From NCBI GenBank assembly GCA_012729095.1, contig JAAYDU010000008.1, positions 12,252 to 76,251 on the forward strand: 64,000 nt of DNA. The letters run 5' to 3'. Of the stretch, positions 36,239-44,983 are shown one piece after another. The position numbers were made by a program, and so were the translations under genes. Under the pieces are notes generated by a model. It saw nothing but the letters and a program-made list of their open reading frames with translations, did not search any database and was not told where the DNA came from. Origin of the DNA: Methanobacteriota archaeon (GTDB taxonomy: Archaea; Thermoplasmatota; Thermoplasmata; Methanomassiliicoccales; UBA472). Numbering within the stretch: position 1 is the first letter of the stretch; every line of letters begins with the position of its first letter.

Positions 36239-36860
36239 GCTCCTTCATCCTGATTATCCAATCCAGGCATGCCCTTCCCCGTTCCGTGAGCCTGAGCATG
36301 GGCGCCCCAACCCCTTCATCCAGCCTGATAAGGTCCATCCGCTTCATTCGCCTGAGCATCGATGGAAGGGGGTCTCCCTTGCCCTTCGCTCGAACGTCCT
36401 TCAAGGGCACGGGCCATCGCTGGCATACCAGGAACTCTGCCAAATCCCCGGGGAGGGCCTCGCGCACGCCCATGGCCGCCAGCAGGGGGAACCTCCTGAT
36501 ACCTGACTCGAAACAGCAAAGCTCGGCCCCGGTGGATAGGGCGGCCAACGTGGCGGCGTCGCTCAGCAGCTTCCTTCCCCCGGTAATGTCCACCCTCACC
36601 CTCCATCCCCTGTCCTTGTGTTCCTGCACCTTGCGCTCGATGAGCATGGCGGAACCGGTAAGGTCCAACGGGTCAAGCGACAGCACCTCATGGCTTATGC
36701 CCAGCCTCCGCAGCAGGGTCATGACTGGGCCCCTCTCGTCAAGGGAGATGTCGGTCACCAGGACCATGTGATGATGGGGCAGCGAGCGCATCCCCGGCAC
36801 TATCTCCCCGACCTCGTCGCCGAGCGTGCTGACCAGCAGGTCCTTCCGTTCCGCCATCAA
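36219..36860 (-). CDS. Csa3-like CARF domain plus winged-HTH regulator (second of a tandem pair)
   Basis: N-terminal Rossmann-like LLVSTLG.., CARF loop VDITGGRKLL, and C-terminal wHTH-like LRRMKRMDLIRLDEG..LRLTERGRACL. Its ATG overlaps the upstream stop. Confidence 0.65.
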   Translation of the reverse strand: MMAERKDLLVSTLGDEVGEIVPGMRSLPHHHMVLVTDISLDERGPVMTLLRRLGISHEVLSLDPLDLTGSAMLIERKVQEHKDRGWRVRVDITGGRKLLSDAATLAALSTGAELCCFESGIRRFPLLAAMGVREALPGDLAEFLVCQRWPVPLKDVRAKGKGDPLPSMLRRMKRMDLIRLDEGVGAPMLRLTERGRACLDWIIRMKELSGSSE

Positions 36861-37501
36861 TCCAGCCCCAGCATCAGCTCCAAGGCGTCGTCGACGGTCA
36901 CCATCTTCTTCCTGCGGTCCAGGGGGTCCTCGACGAGCCGTACGATGTTATTGACCTCGAGCATCTGAATATGATGGTTGATGGTGGCCTTGTGCTTGCC
37001 CATACCCTGGGCCAGCTCCACCTGGGTCATGGGATGCTCGCGGTTCTTCCATATGAACGTCAGTATCTCCTTCTGCGCAGGGGTGAGGAGCTGGGAGTAA
37101 TCCACCCTGAGCAGGGGCAGCGGGATCTCCCGGTAGGTCTCATCATGAACGTAGACTGAATTGAGACCTTCCATGGCGCATACCAGCAGCGCGGCGGCGC
37201 TCATCATCTTGGTGCCCCCGGCGATGTTGAACACGGCGATCTCATCGCCGCCCTTTCTCAGTTTTTGCACCTGAGAGCGCATGGCCTTGGCGGCCTGGAG
37301 CAGGTCGAAGGCGTCCGGGATTGCCACCCGGTCGATGTGTACGCCCATGACAGAGCACACGCCCCTGATCTCGGCCAAGGCCTGAAGGGCGCGGGGATGG
37401 TCATTGCAGAACACCACCACCTGGTCCACTGAGGGAGTGGACTCTAGCGTCGGTAAAAGCGATTTCGCCCGAAAGCCCAGGGTGCCAAGTATTGCGACCA
37501 T
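36857..37501 (-). CDS. Csa3-like CARF domain plus winged-HTH (MarR-like) regulator (first of a tandem pair)
   Basis: MVAILGTLGFRAKSLLP, CARF loop FNIAGGTKMM, and C-terminal TPAQKEILTFIWKNREHPMTQVELAQGMGKHKATINHHIQMLEVNNIVRLVE. Confidence 0.7.
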   Translation of the reverse strand: MVAILGTLGFRAKSLLPTLESTPSVDQVVVFCNDHPRALQALAEIRGVCSVMGVHIDRVAIPDAFDLLQAAKAMRSQVQKLRKGGDEIAVFNIAGGTKMMSAAALLVCAMEGLNSVYVHDETYREIPLPLLRVDYSQLLTPAQKEILTFIWKNREHPMTQVELAQGMGKHKATINHHIQMLEVNNIVRLVEDPLDRRKKMVTVDDALELMLGLD

Positions 37502-37551
37502 GCCTTATCGTCTCATCATGGTTCGAATCATTTATCTTGATTGCTTAATAC

Positions 37552-37572
37552 GGTATTATATTTCATAATACC
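37552..37572. promoter_or_regulatory. Perfect inverted repeat GGTATTAT-N5-ATAATACC in the divergent intergenic region; candidate operator
   Basis: Read directly: GGTATTAT (37552-37559), ATTTC, ATAATACC (37565-37572). It lies in the 142-bp AT-rich spacer between the Csa3-like operon start (37501) and the surface-protease start (37644). Confidence 0.35.
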
Positions 37573-37643
37573 ATATTCTTTGAAAACGAGGCGAATCTGA
37601 TTAAATATGAAGGGAACTCTATCATCAATCACCGGGTTCGCCG

Positions 37644-40600
37644 ATGATCGCCCACAGATGCTCTCGCATGTTGTCAGTGATATTTCTGACGGCCTTCATT
37701 ATAATCCCTGCCTTCCAAGCTCCGGCCACCGCAATGGGGATGGAACTGTCGGTCACCTATGAATACGACTTTCCGGAACCTTTCATCTACCCGAGCGGTC
37801 CAGATCGCTTGTTTGGCGTAACCGGGCTGGACCTTGACAGCAGGGGCGGTGTTCCGGCCCTTCCGATGCGCAGCGTGTTCCTGGCCGTGCCCCCGGGACA
37901 TCGGTTGATCGACGTAGAGGTGCGGTGCTTCCTGCAAAGGACCATCGGTTTCACGGACAGTTATCCCACCAACCCAACAGAGATCGCTTTGAACGGCGAA
38001 CGCTCCTTCAGCCATGAATACGAACCGATATCGTGGGAGGTATCCGGCCGTCACGTCCTGGAGGGCGTGGAGGTAGTGGGTATCAACCTTAGACCGTTGT
38101 GCTGGGACGAGAGAACGGGAGCCCTGTCATTCGTCGGACGGTACTCTGTGACCTTGGTATACGAGGAGAGCAGTATCGATTTTCTTGGGGACGTTGACCG
38201 GGTCAGGGACCTGGTGGACAACCCGCAGGCGGTGCCTGACCTGTCCAGTTTCACAACCTCTAGCGTGCTGCCGGTCGGAGATTACGACCACCTGATAATC
38301 ACCAGCCGTGACCTGTCCGCACCGTTCCAGGAACTGGCCCATTGGAAGGGTGAGAGAGAAGACCTCGGTTCCGCCCAGGATAACATACGCAGTACGGTGG
38401 TGGCTCTGGAGGACATACTTGAAGATGATCGATTCTGGGGTATCCCCAGTGCCCACGCGGGTACGGGAAACGACACCCAGACGATCATACGAAATTTCAT
38501 AATCACCGCCCATCAGGAGTGGGGGGTGCAGTACGTCCTCATCGGAGGGGATGACGACATAGTTCCCGCGCGCATGGTCAAGGCACCCTATGATGACAAC
38601 CAAATCGATGAGCTTACTGCGGACATCTACTTCTCGGGACTGGACGGGGACTGGGACAGCGATGGAGATGGCGTTTACGGCGAGCCGGGTAGCGTGTACG
38701 TCGCTGATGAGGCCGATCTGCTGGCGGAGGTATTCGTTGGAAGGGCCACCGTATCTACCGTGAAGCAGGCCTGGAACTTCGTGAACAAGACCATCGCTTA
38801 CGAGAGGGGGCATTCCAATCAGTACGGTGATGATATTCTGCTCATCGGTGAGCTTTTGGACAGTGCCACACAGACCTACGGAGATGATTACATGGAAGAG
38901 GTGTGGGACCTGGTGCTGGCGGACGAGGGGCTTGACCGCTCCACGCTGTACGCTAGGGATGGCACCTTCTCCGGAAGCGCCGTGCTGGCGGCCATGGGCT
39001 CGGGCGTGCACGTGATCAATCACATGGGACATGGAAACTTCGAGTCCATGACCGAACTGGACAACGAGGACGTCAGAGGATTGCAGAACGAGCTTCCCTT
39101 CATAGTGTACACCCAGGCCTGCAACGTAGCGGGCTTCGATGAAAAGGAGGACCGGCCAGGTGATTGCATAGCGGAGGAGTTCATCCAAGGAGAGGGAGGC
39201 GCTGTGGCATTCATCGGCAATTCGCGATACGGTTGGTACGTGAAGGGAAGCACGGACGGGTCCTCCCAGAAGTTCGACATCTCATTCTTTGGCCAGGTCT
39301 ACGATCATGATGTCACGGACCTGGGACGGGCCCTCTCCTATTCCAAGGAGGAACATGCCAACCTGGCCTTTTCCGCGGGAACCGTCCGCTGGGTATATCT
39401 GGAGCAAAACCTCCTGGGAGATCCGGAGACCCGGGTGCACCTTCCAGGGAGCGATCTGCACGACCTGGCCGTGCAGGGCATGGACGTCGGGCGTGCCATA
39501 CTGGACGAGCCATGCCCTATCGAAGTGTGGGTGCGGAACCTGGGTCATTCGGACCAGGTGGGAAAGCTTGTTCTCGAGGCCGATGGAGAGGAGGTCGACA
39601 ACAGGACCTTCTCTCTTGGCATGGGAGAGGACATGACAATCCTCTTGGAATGGACACCTCTGGAGCACAGGGTGTCCAATATAACCGCGCGCGTGATCTG
39701 TGCGGCGGACCAGAGACCCGGGAACGATGGGAGGGAGGTGCGCAGCATGGTAGACCGGCGCATCGTTAGCGACGAGAGCTGGACCGGGAACGTTACCTTG
39801 CCGGGGGGATTGCTTGTAGACCCCCTGGTCACCGTGAACGTGAGCGATTGCGAGATAGCTTTACAGCCTTCCGACCTTCCGTACCACATCAGCGTGCTGG
39901 GTGCTCTATCGCTCAACGGCAGCACTTTTCAAGGCTCCCCGTTCTCCATAGGCTCGGACGGAGGGCGCCTTGAGCTCAGGAACGGTCGCCTCCTCGGAAT
40001 GTCGTCCACTTGCCCGAGCACCTTTGCCGGGGGCTCGCTGTACATGCGGGACATGGAGATCGTCGGCGGTGCCGGGTGGCTCTTGAACGGCACTTCCGTG
40101 GACGCTCTCAACGTTACCCTGACGGGGCAGTCCGGGGAATGGCTGATGTCGGACTCAGCGGTCTACTTGGACCGACTATTCGGTCAGGGTGGGGACGGGT
40201 TACGGCTCCTGGGCGCTACCGGGGCGGTCACCTCGTCCTCGTGGACGGGGGGTTCATCGGGGATCTCCATAGACAGCTGCGTTGGAATGGTACTGCGCGA
40301 TCTCGTTCTGAACGGGAACGGAATGGACATGGACATATGCGGGGACCTGCCCTCCCATTTCATGCATGAGGTGGAAAACGTAAGCCTGACCTACGGCCCC
40401 CTCATGATGATGCAAGGACTGAACAACGCAACGGTTGAGGAGGTCAGCGGCTCGCTGTACCTTATCGGATGCCACGATATGATCGTAAGGAATTCGCGGT
40501 TCGGCAACTCCGGAAGCGGACTGACCCTGGTCAACAGTTCGAACGTGGAGATGCTGGGCAACGCCTTTGAGAACTGCACTATCGGCATAAGAGCCGTGGA

Positions 40601-42746
40601 CTCTCAAGGCCTGGCATGGGGCAATGATCTCCTGTTCAATGACGTGCAGGTTTTCCATTCACGTTCTGAACTCTCCTTCGGAAAGGAGTACCCCCTGGGA
40701 GGCAATCACTGGTCGGACATGGCAGGGGAAGATGCCATGGGCGGGGAGCACCAGGACGAACCGGGTGCGGATGGCATCTTTGACGACGCGTATGACGCCG
40801 GGGGGACGTATGACCGGTACCCAAGGACCCATAGGTGCAGTTATCTGTACGATCGCCTGGAGGCGTCCTTCTCGCAGGACGCGGAGCAGGCCGATAGGAC
40901 GGGGGCAGTGACCTTCGTCTCTACCAGCACCAGCGGGATCGGGATCGCCAACTGGACCTGGGACATGGGGGACGGGACCATCGCCCACGGACCGTCGGTG
41001 GCGCACACCTATCCATCCCTGGGAACGTTCACGGTGAACCTTACCGTCACCGATCATTTTGGGCAGGAGGACGGCACGGAGGGGGCGGTGCAGGTGATAA
41101 ACCTGCGCCCGGTCTGCGATTTCAGCAATTCGCCAACGCGCCCCAAGCCGGGGGACGCCGTGCAGTTCAATGACCTCTCCACGGACCTGGATGGCGAAAT
41201 AGTGTCCTGGCTGTGGGATTTCGGAGATGGTTCTTTTTCCGATTCCCGATCGCCCCAACATACTTTCGTTAACGAGGGGGACTACCTGGTGTCCCTGACG
41301 GTCAACGATACCGACGGGGCGATAGGCACGATGGCCCGCGCGTTGGCGGTGGGCAACGACCCGCCGGTAGCCGCTTTCTCGTGGAGCCCGACGTCCATCA
41401 CCACCGTGGTGGACGTAAATTTCATTTCCCAGAGCTCGGACATTGATGGAACCTTGACCTCCTGGACCTGGGACCTCGGAGATGGTTCTTCAGGGAGTGG
41501 GGCCGATATCAGGCACAGGTATTCCTCACTGGGCACTTACACCGTCACCCTGGTGGTCACGGATGACAACGGGGCAAGCGACTCCGTATCCAAGACCATC
41601 ACGGTCGTGAACTCCCGTCCGGTGGCGGTCTTTATGGCCCCTGCCCAAGTAGAAAGCCTATCGGCCGCGTGCTTCGAGGACCGCTCCTACGATCTGGACG
41701 GCATCATAACGGGATGGAGCTGGACCTTCGGGGACGGGGGTGCGTCCAACGACCGGTCGCCGACCCACGTCTTCCTAGTGCCTGGGACCTACAGCGTGAC
41801 CTTGACCGTGACCGACGACCGGGGATGGGCGGGCAAGAGGAGCTCGGACATCATTGTCACCAACCGTCTGCCCGAGGTGAACTTGACCACACCCCAGGGC
41901 GATCACTGGTCCCTGGACGTTATTGACTTCAGCGCCTCCGCCAGCGACCCTGACGGGATGGTGGTGAACTACACGTGGGAAATGGGCGACGGTGCTGTGA
42001 AGGAGGGCGGGAACGTCACGCACGCCTACCGGGCACCTGGCACCTACAACGTCACCGTTACCTGCCGGGACGATTCCAATGGGGAGACGTCGGTCAGTTC
42101 CTTGGTGACGATACTGAACCTGGCCCCGCGGGCGGAGGTACTGATGCAGCAGGGCGGGCATCCCCTGGAGCTGGTGTTCATCGCTCAGGCGCAGGATGAC
42201 GACGGTCGTTTGACCCGGTACGATTGGAGCTTTGGCGATGGCGCATACGGCGAGGGAGAGATGGTGAGACACGAGTACGCGGAGGAAGGGAGTTACGAGG
42301 TGAAGCTCACTGTGATCGATGATGTGGGAGGGATGGTGGAGGCGGGGTGCATGGCCGAGGTGCTCCCGGGGAACCTGTACCTTTCAGGAATGCGTCTGAG
42401 CTACGTTCGAGGGACGGGTTGGGAACTCAGCGGGGAGATCTGGAACGAGGGAGAGCTGCCGGTGAACGTGACACTGTCCGTCGATGCTGGAAATAGGATG
42501 TTCCTCTGGGAGATCGAGGTGAGCGGGGAAGGGTTCGAACCGTTCCATCTGCCGCTGACCGGTTTCGAGGGCGGGGAGGTGAACGCGACCCTTCTGACCC
42601 CGGAAAGATGGGAGACCGACCTGAGAGACAACCTCTGGACGGGTGACGGGGATCCCTGGACACCGTTCGTACCTTGGATCGCGGGAGGGGCGGCCATCGT
42701 GATGGCCTTGGCCGCAATGGTGATGTACGCAAGAAGGAGAGGATGA
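37644..42746 (+). CDS. Giant surface protein: signal peptide, peptidase C25 (gingipain-like) domain, CARDB-like domain, right-handed beta-helix (PbH1/NosD-like) region, six PKD domains, CARDB-like domain, C-terminal TM anchor
   Basis: 1700 aa. Signal MLSVIFLTAFIIIPAFQAPATA. C25-like YVLIGGDDDIVPAR, YFSGLDGDWDSDGDG, His box NHMGHGNF and Cys box VYTQACNVAGF. PbH1-like LYLIGCHDMIVRNSRFGNSGSGLTLVNSSNVEMLGNAFENC. Six W.W.[FML]GDG PKD cores (WTWDMGDGT, WLWDFGDGS, WTWDLGDGS, WSWTFGDGG, YTWEMGDGA, YDWSFGDGA). Tail PFVPWIAGGAAIVMALAAMVMYARRRG. Confidence 0.85.
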   Translation: MIAHRCSRMLSVIFLTAFIIIPAFQAPATAMGMELSVTYEYDFPEPFIYPSGPDRLFGVTGLDLDSRGGVPALPMRSVFLAVPPGHRLIDVEVRCFLQRTIGFTDSYPTNPTEIALNGERSFSHEYEPISWEVSGRHVLEGVEVVGINLRPLCWDERTGALSFVGRYSVTLVYEESSIDFLGDVDRVRDLVDNPQAVPDLSSFTTSSVLPVGDYDHLIITSRDLSAPFQELAHWKGEREDLGSAQDNIRSTVVALEDILEDDRFWGIPSAHAGTGNDTQTIIRNFIITAHQEWGVQYVLIGGDDDIVPARMVKAPYDDNQIDELTADIYFSGLDGDWDSDGDGVYGEPGSVYVADEADLLAEVFVGRATVSTVKQAWNFVNKTIAYERGHSNQYGDDILLIGELLDSATQTYGDDYMEEVWDLVLADEGLDRSTLYARDGTFSGSAVLAAMGSGVHVINHMGHGNFESMTELDNEDVRGLQNELPFIVYTQACNVAGFDEKEDRPGDCIAEEFIQGEGGAVAFIGNSRYGWYVKGSTDGSSQKFDISFFGQVYDHDVTDLGRALSYSKEEHANLAFSAGTVRWVYLEQNLLGDPETRVHLPGSDLHDLAVQGMDVGRAILDEPCPIEVWVRNLGHSDQVGKLVLEADGEEVDNRTFSLGMGEDMTILLEWTPLEHRVSNITARVICAADQRPGNDGREVRSMVDRRIVSDESWTGNVTLPGGLLVDPLVTVNVSDCEIALQPSDLPYHISVLGALSLNGSTFQGSPFSIGSDGGRLELRNGRLLGMSSTCPSTFAGGSLYMRDMEIVGGAGWLLNGTSVDALNVTLTGQSGEWLMSDSAVYLDRLFGQGGDGLRLLGATGAVTSSSWTGGSSGISIDSCVGMVLRDLVLNGNGMDMDICGDLPSHFMHEVENVSLTYGPLMMMQGLNNATVEEVSGSLYLIGCHDMIVRNSRFGNSGSGLTLVNSSNVEMLGNAFENCTIGIRAVDSQGLAWGNDLLFNDVQVFHSRSELSFGKEYPLGGNHWSDMAGEDAMGGEHQDEPGADGIFDDAYDAGGTYDRYPRTHRCSYLYDRLEASFSQDAEQADRTGAVTFVSTSTSGIGIANWTWDMGDGTIAHGPSVAHTYPSLGTFTVNLTVTDHFGQEDGTEGAVQVINLRPVCDFSNSPTRPKPGDAVQFNDLSTDLDGEIVSWLWDFGDGSFSDSRSPQHTFVNEGDYLVSLTVNDTDGAIGTMARALAVGNDPPVAAFSWSPTSITTVVDVNFISQSSDIDGTLTSWTWDLGDGSSGSGADIRHRYSSLGTYTVTLVVTDDNGASDSVSKTITVVNSRPVAVFMAPAQVESLSAACFEDRSYDLDGIITGWSWTFGDGGASNDRSPTHVFLVPGTYSVTLTVTDDRGWAGKRSSDIIVTNRLPEVNLTTPQGDHWSLDVIDFSASASDPDGMVVNYTWEMGDGAVKEGGNVTHAYRAPGTYNVTVTCRDDSNGETSVSSLVTILNLAPRAEVLMQQGGHPLELVFIAQAQDDDGRLTRYDWSFGDGAYGEGEMVRHEYAEEGSYEVKLTVIDDVGGMVEAGCMAEVLPGNLYLSGMRLSYVRGTGWELSGEIWNEGELPVNVTLSVDAGNRMFLWEIEVSGEGFEPFHLPLTGFEGGEVNATLLTPERWETDLRDNLWTGDGDPWTPFVPWIAGGAAIVMALAAMVMYARRRG

Positions 42747-42753
42747 TAAAAGC

Positions 42754-42826
42754 GCCCCGGTCGGGATTTGAACCCGAGTCGAAGCCTCGACAGGGCTTCA
42801 TGATAGGCCGCTACACTACCGGGGCA
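42754..42826 (-). tRNA. tRNA-Asp (anticodon GUC)
   Basis: Reverse complement GCCCCGGTAGTGTAGCGGCCTATCATGAAGCCCTGTCGAGGCTTCGACTCGGGTTCAAATCCCGACCGGGGCG. It has a 7-bp acceptor stem, anticodon loop CUGUCGA, and T-arm TCGGG-TTCAAAT-CCCGA. It is followed by CTTTT. CCA is not encoded. Confidence 0.9.
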
Positions 42827-42852
42827 TACGGCCTTTCCCCTTATCGAGTCGT

Positions 42853-42861
42853 AATATTTAA
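42853..42861 (-). promoter_or_regulatory. TATA-like box upstream of tRNA-Asp
   Basis: TAAATATTA on the minus strand, about 27-35 nt upstream of the tRNA 5' end. Confidence 0.35.
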
Positions 42862-42999
42862 TCCTTAGGTGCCGAAGAGGTGCTGGCATCCGTGGGATGT
42901 ACACATCCAGGAGTGTTGCTGCAGGGCGCGATGGCCCTTTTTATAAATTATTAGCAATTGATATCTACGATGATGCTATTATTCCGAACGGTGGGGTAA

Positions 43000-44106
43000 T
43001 TGGTCAGTGTCGAAATTATTAGCAAGGGCGCCTTGGTAAGGGCCTTCTCGGTGGTCGACCCATCCATCAAGAGGAAGCGGCTGATCGTGAACATAGCGTT
43101 GCTGGACATATTCTTTCTGAACGGGGTTCTGTTGTTCGTCGGGTTGTACCTGACGCCTTCGTTGCTCGTGATCATGTTGGCAATGATGGCCCTCGTGTCG
43201 GTCGTTTCCATCATCCAGCACCTCCATCTTAAGGCGGTGCTCTTGAGAGGGGCTTACCCAGTGACCCTTTACACCAACGGCTTCGAGCTGCCCTCTTTTG
43301 CCTTCAACCGGGCCCTCAGGCGGCCTGAGTTCATCAAAAGGGAAGAGGTCGCCTCGATATCGGTGACCGGGTTTCCGTCCGAGGTTCGGGGCGGGGAAAT
43401 GAACGGCATGCGTACGATCAACTTCAAGACCCGGTCGGGCAAGACCAACGATACAGGGGCCAGAAGCGTCACCGAGGTCGAATCGGCCGTTGATTGGATC
43501 GAGAGGAACTGGGGATCGAAGGTGGAGCGTTATGGGACGGTCTTCGAAGCGCATACCGCCACGCATACCGCCCATGAGGTAAGCGTCAATACCAGATATT
43601 GCCCGAACTGCGGGAAGGCCAGCGATGAAATGCAGAGCTTCTGCCCGTTCTGCGGCATGCGTCTCGATCCTGAGGCGTCCGCCGGGAACCGGGTCGAGGC
43701 GGAGCCGCAACAGCCGCCCTATGCACTGCCATACAATCCCTATCAACGTACTGGGTCCAGGAACGGAACCGCCCTACGGCCTCGATACGACGCGTCGGAA
43801 TACCCCAACGGAAAGGACCCCAGGACGGCCTTCTTCATCGGTCTTCTCCTGGGCTTCCTCGGTTTCATGGGCATAGGGCATATATATCTGGAAAAGAACG
43901 CCAAGGGCGTCGTCCTGCTGATCGCCGGTGGAATGCTGGCCGTCCTTTCCGTGACGGCCTGGATGACCGTGCTTGGTCCGTCCGAATATCCCTTGGGGGT
44001 CCAGGTGGCCACCGCCCTTATACTGTCCGGACCTTACCTCGTGCTTCAGGTCTGGCAGGCCTTCGACGCCCCCAAACCTAAGAAGGAATGGTCAAGAGCA
44101 CGGTGA
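43000..44106 (+). CDS. Membrane protein: N-terminal 2-TM plus bPH-like region, zinc ribbon, Q/P-rich linker, C-terminal TM2-like domain
   Basis: TTG start after GGTGGGG. Zinc ribbon YCPNCGKASDEMQSFCPFCG. C-terminal FFIGLLLGFLGFMGIGHIYLEKNAKGVVLLIAGGMLAVL resembles the TM2 domain. The antisense ORF 42979..43746 is Arg/Gly/His-rich and was rejected. Confidence 0.6.
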   Translation: MVSVEIISKGALVRAFSVVDPSIKRKRLIVNIALLDIFFLNGVLLFVGLYLTPSLLVIMLAMMALVSVVSIIQHLHLKAVLLRGAYPVTLYTNGFELPSFAFNRALRRPEFIKREEVASISVTGFPSEVRGGEMNGMRTINFKTRSGKTNDTGARSVTEVESAVDWIERNWGSKVERYGTVFEAHTATHTAHEVSVNTRYCPNCGKASDEMQSFCPFCGMRLDPEASAGNRVEAEPQQPPYALPYNPYQRTGSRNGTALRPRYDASEYPNGKDPRTAFFIGLLLGFLGFMGIGHIYLEKNAKGVVLLIAGGMLAVLSVTAWMTVLGPSEYPLGVQVATALILSGPYLVLQVWQAFDAPKPKKEWSRAR

Positions 44107-44174
44107 TGAAGGAATGTCGTTCGGGCCATCGAGGAAAGTATTAATCACCGACTGCGGTTAGATTGACGGATCAC

Positions 44175-44975
44175 ATGGCCGAACGGAAGCTGAAAGTGGA
44201 GGACTACATGATCCGCGAGGTCCTGTACGTGCCCTTGGAGTTCACCGTCGAACAGGCCGTGGAACGTCTGGTCTCCAGCGAGTTCCATGGAATGCCGGTC
44301 ACCAAGGACGGAAAGCTGGTCGGGTTCATAACCGCCAAGGAGCTTCTGCGCAACTATAGGACGCCGAACATGCCCATCTCTGACATAATCAAAAGGGGCA
44401 CGGTGACCGTCAATCCCAAGATGGACCTGGACGATGCGGCGCGCATCCTGTTCCGTTACGGCCTGAGGAACGTGCCGGTCATCAACGACGGCGGTACGCT
44501 TCTCGGAATAATCTCCAATCTGGATATTGTGCGCTCCCACATCGAGCGCGCCACGCCCAACAAGGTGTCCATGATCAAGAACTTCCTGGAGGCCAAGCAC
44601 GGGGTCTCCATCATGGTCAGGAGACGCATCGTTCCCGTGGAAACGCTGCGCCCCACGCAGAAGGAGGTGTACGCCGACGAACTTCTCGGCAGGATGGAGG
44701 AGATAAAACGAGGTCTCGTCGAGCCGATCATAGTGGTCCGGAACAACAGCCACTACATACTGGTGGACGGACACCATCGCGCGCTGGCGTCCAAGCAGAT
44801 GGGCGTGCGGCAGTTCTCCGCCTTCGTCCTTGAACCATCGAGGGACGTGGAACTGGGGTTGGAACGCAGCGCCGAGGAGCAGGGACTTTACACCCTGGAC
44901 GATGTGAAGATAATCGAGGGCTCGCACCATCCCCTGGTGGAGATAACCACCAGGCTGCTGAAGAGCGAGCCTTAA
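44175..44975 (+). CDS. CBS-pair domain fused to a ParB/sulfiredoxin-like (ParBc) domain
   Basis: Two CBS motifs (MIREVLYV..GMPVTKDGKLVGFITAKELL and GTVTVNP..NVPVINDGGTLLGIISNLDIV), then LRPTQKEV and ILVDGHHRALAS, typical of ParB N-terminal-like domains. TTG 44163 is an alternative start. Confidence 0.7.
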   Translation: MAERKLKVEDYMIREVLYVPLEFTVEQAVERLVSSEFHGMPVTKDGKLVGFITAKELLRNYRTPNMPISDIIKRGTVTVNPKMDLDDAARILFRYGLRNVPVINDGGTLLGIISNLDIVRSHIERATPNKVSMIKNFLEAKHGVSIMVRRRIVPVETLRPTQKEVYADELLGRMEEIKRGLVEPIIVVRNNSHYILVDGHHRALASKQMGVRQFSAFVLEPSRDVELGLERSAEEQGLYTLDDVKIIEGSHHPLVEITTRLLKSEP

Positions 44976-44983
44976 AGGGTTTT

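Noticed and set aside
37517-37533. GGTTCGAATC T-loop-like sequence suggesting a tRNA.
   Set aside because: The flanking bases cannot form a T-stem (CATGG vs CATTT), and no acceptor or anticodon arms can be drawn. It overlaps the 5' end region of the Csa3-like gene.
38127-39188. 353-aa minus-strand ORF inside the C25 surface-protein gene. Similar long antisense ORFs occur at 458..1216, 30408..31361, 33518..34621, 45173..46339, 49760..50692, 58213..59589, 57914..58951 and 61770..62981.
   Set aside because: All lie antisense to or out of frame with genes that carry strong family motifs. Their translations are dominated by R/G/P/H/V runs with no motifs. Such shadow ORFs are expected in GC-rich DNA where stop codons are rare.
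42924-42942. GGGC-N6-GCCC hairpin followed by TTTTT, looking like an intrinsic terminator.
   Set aside because: The stem is only 4 bp. The T-run is continuous with TTTTTATAAATTATTA, which is better explained as the TATA box of the downstream gene starting at 43000.
42979-43746. 255-aa minus-strand ORF opposite the membrane/zinc-ribbon gene.
   Set aside because: The plus-strand product has coherent TM helices, a CxxC..CxxC ribbon and a TM2-like tail. The minus-strand product has shadow-ORF composition.
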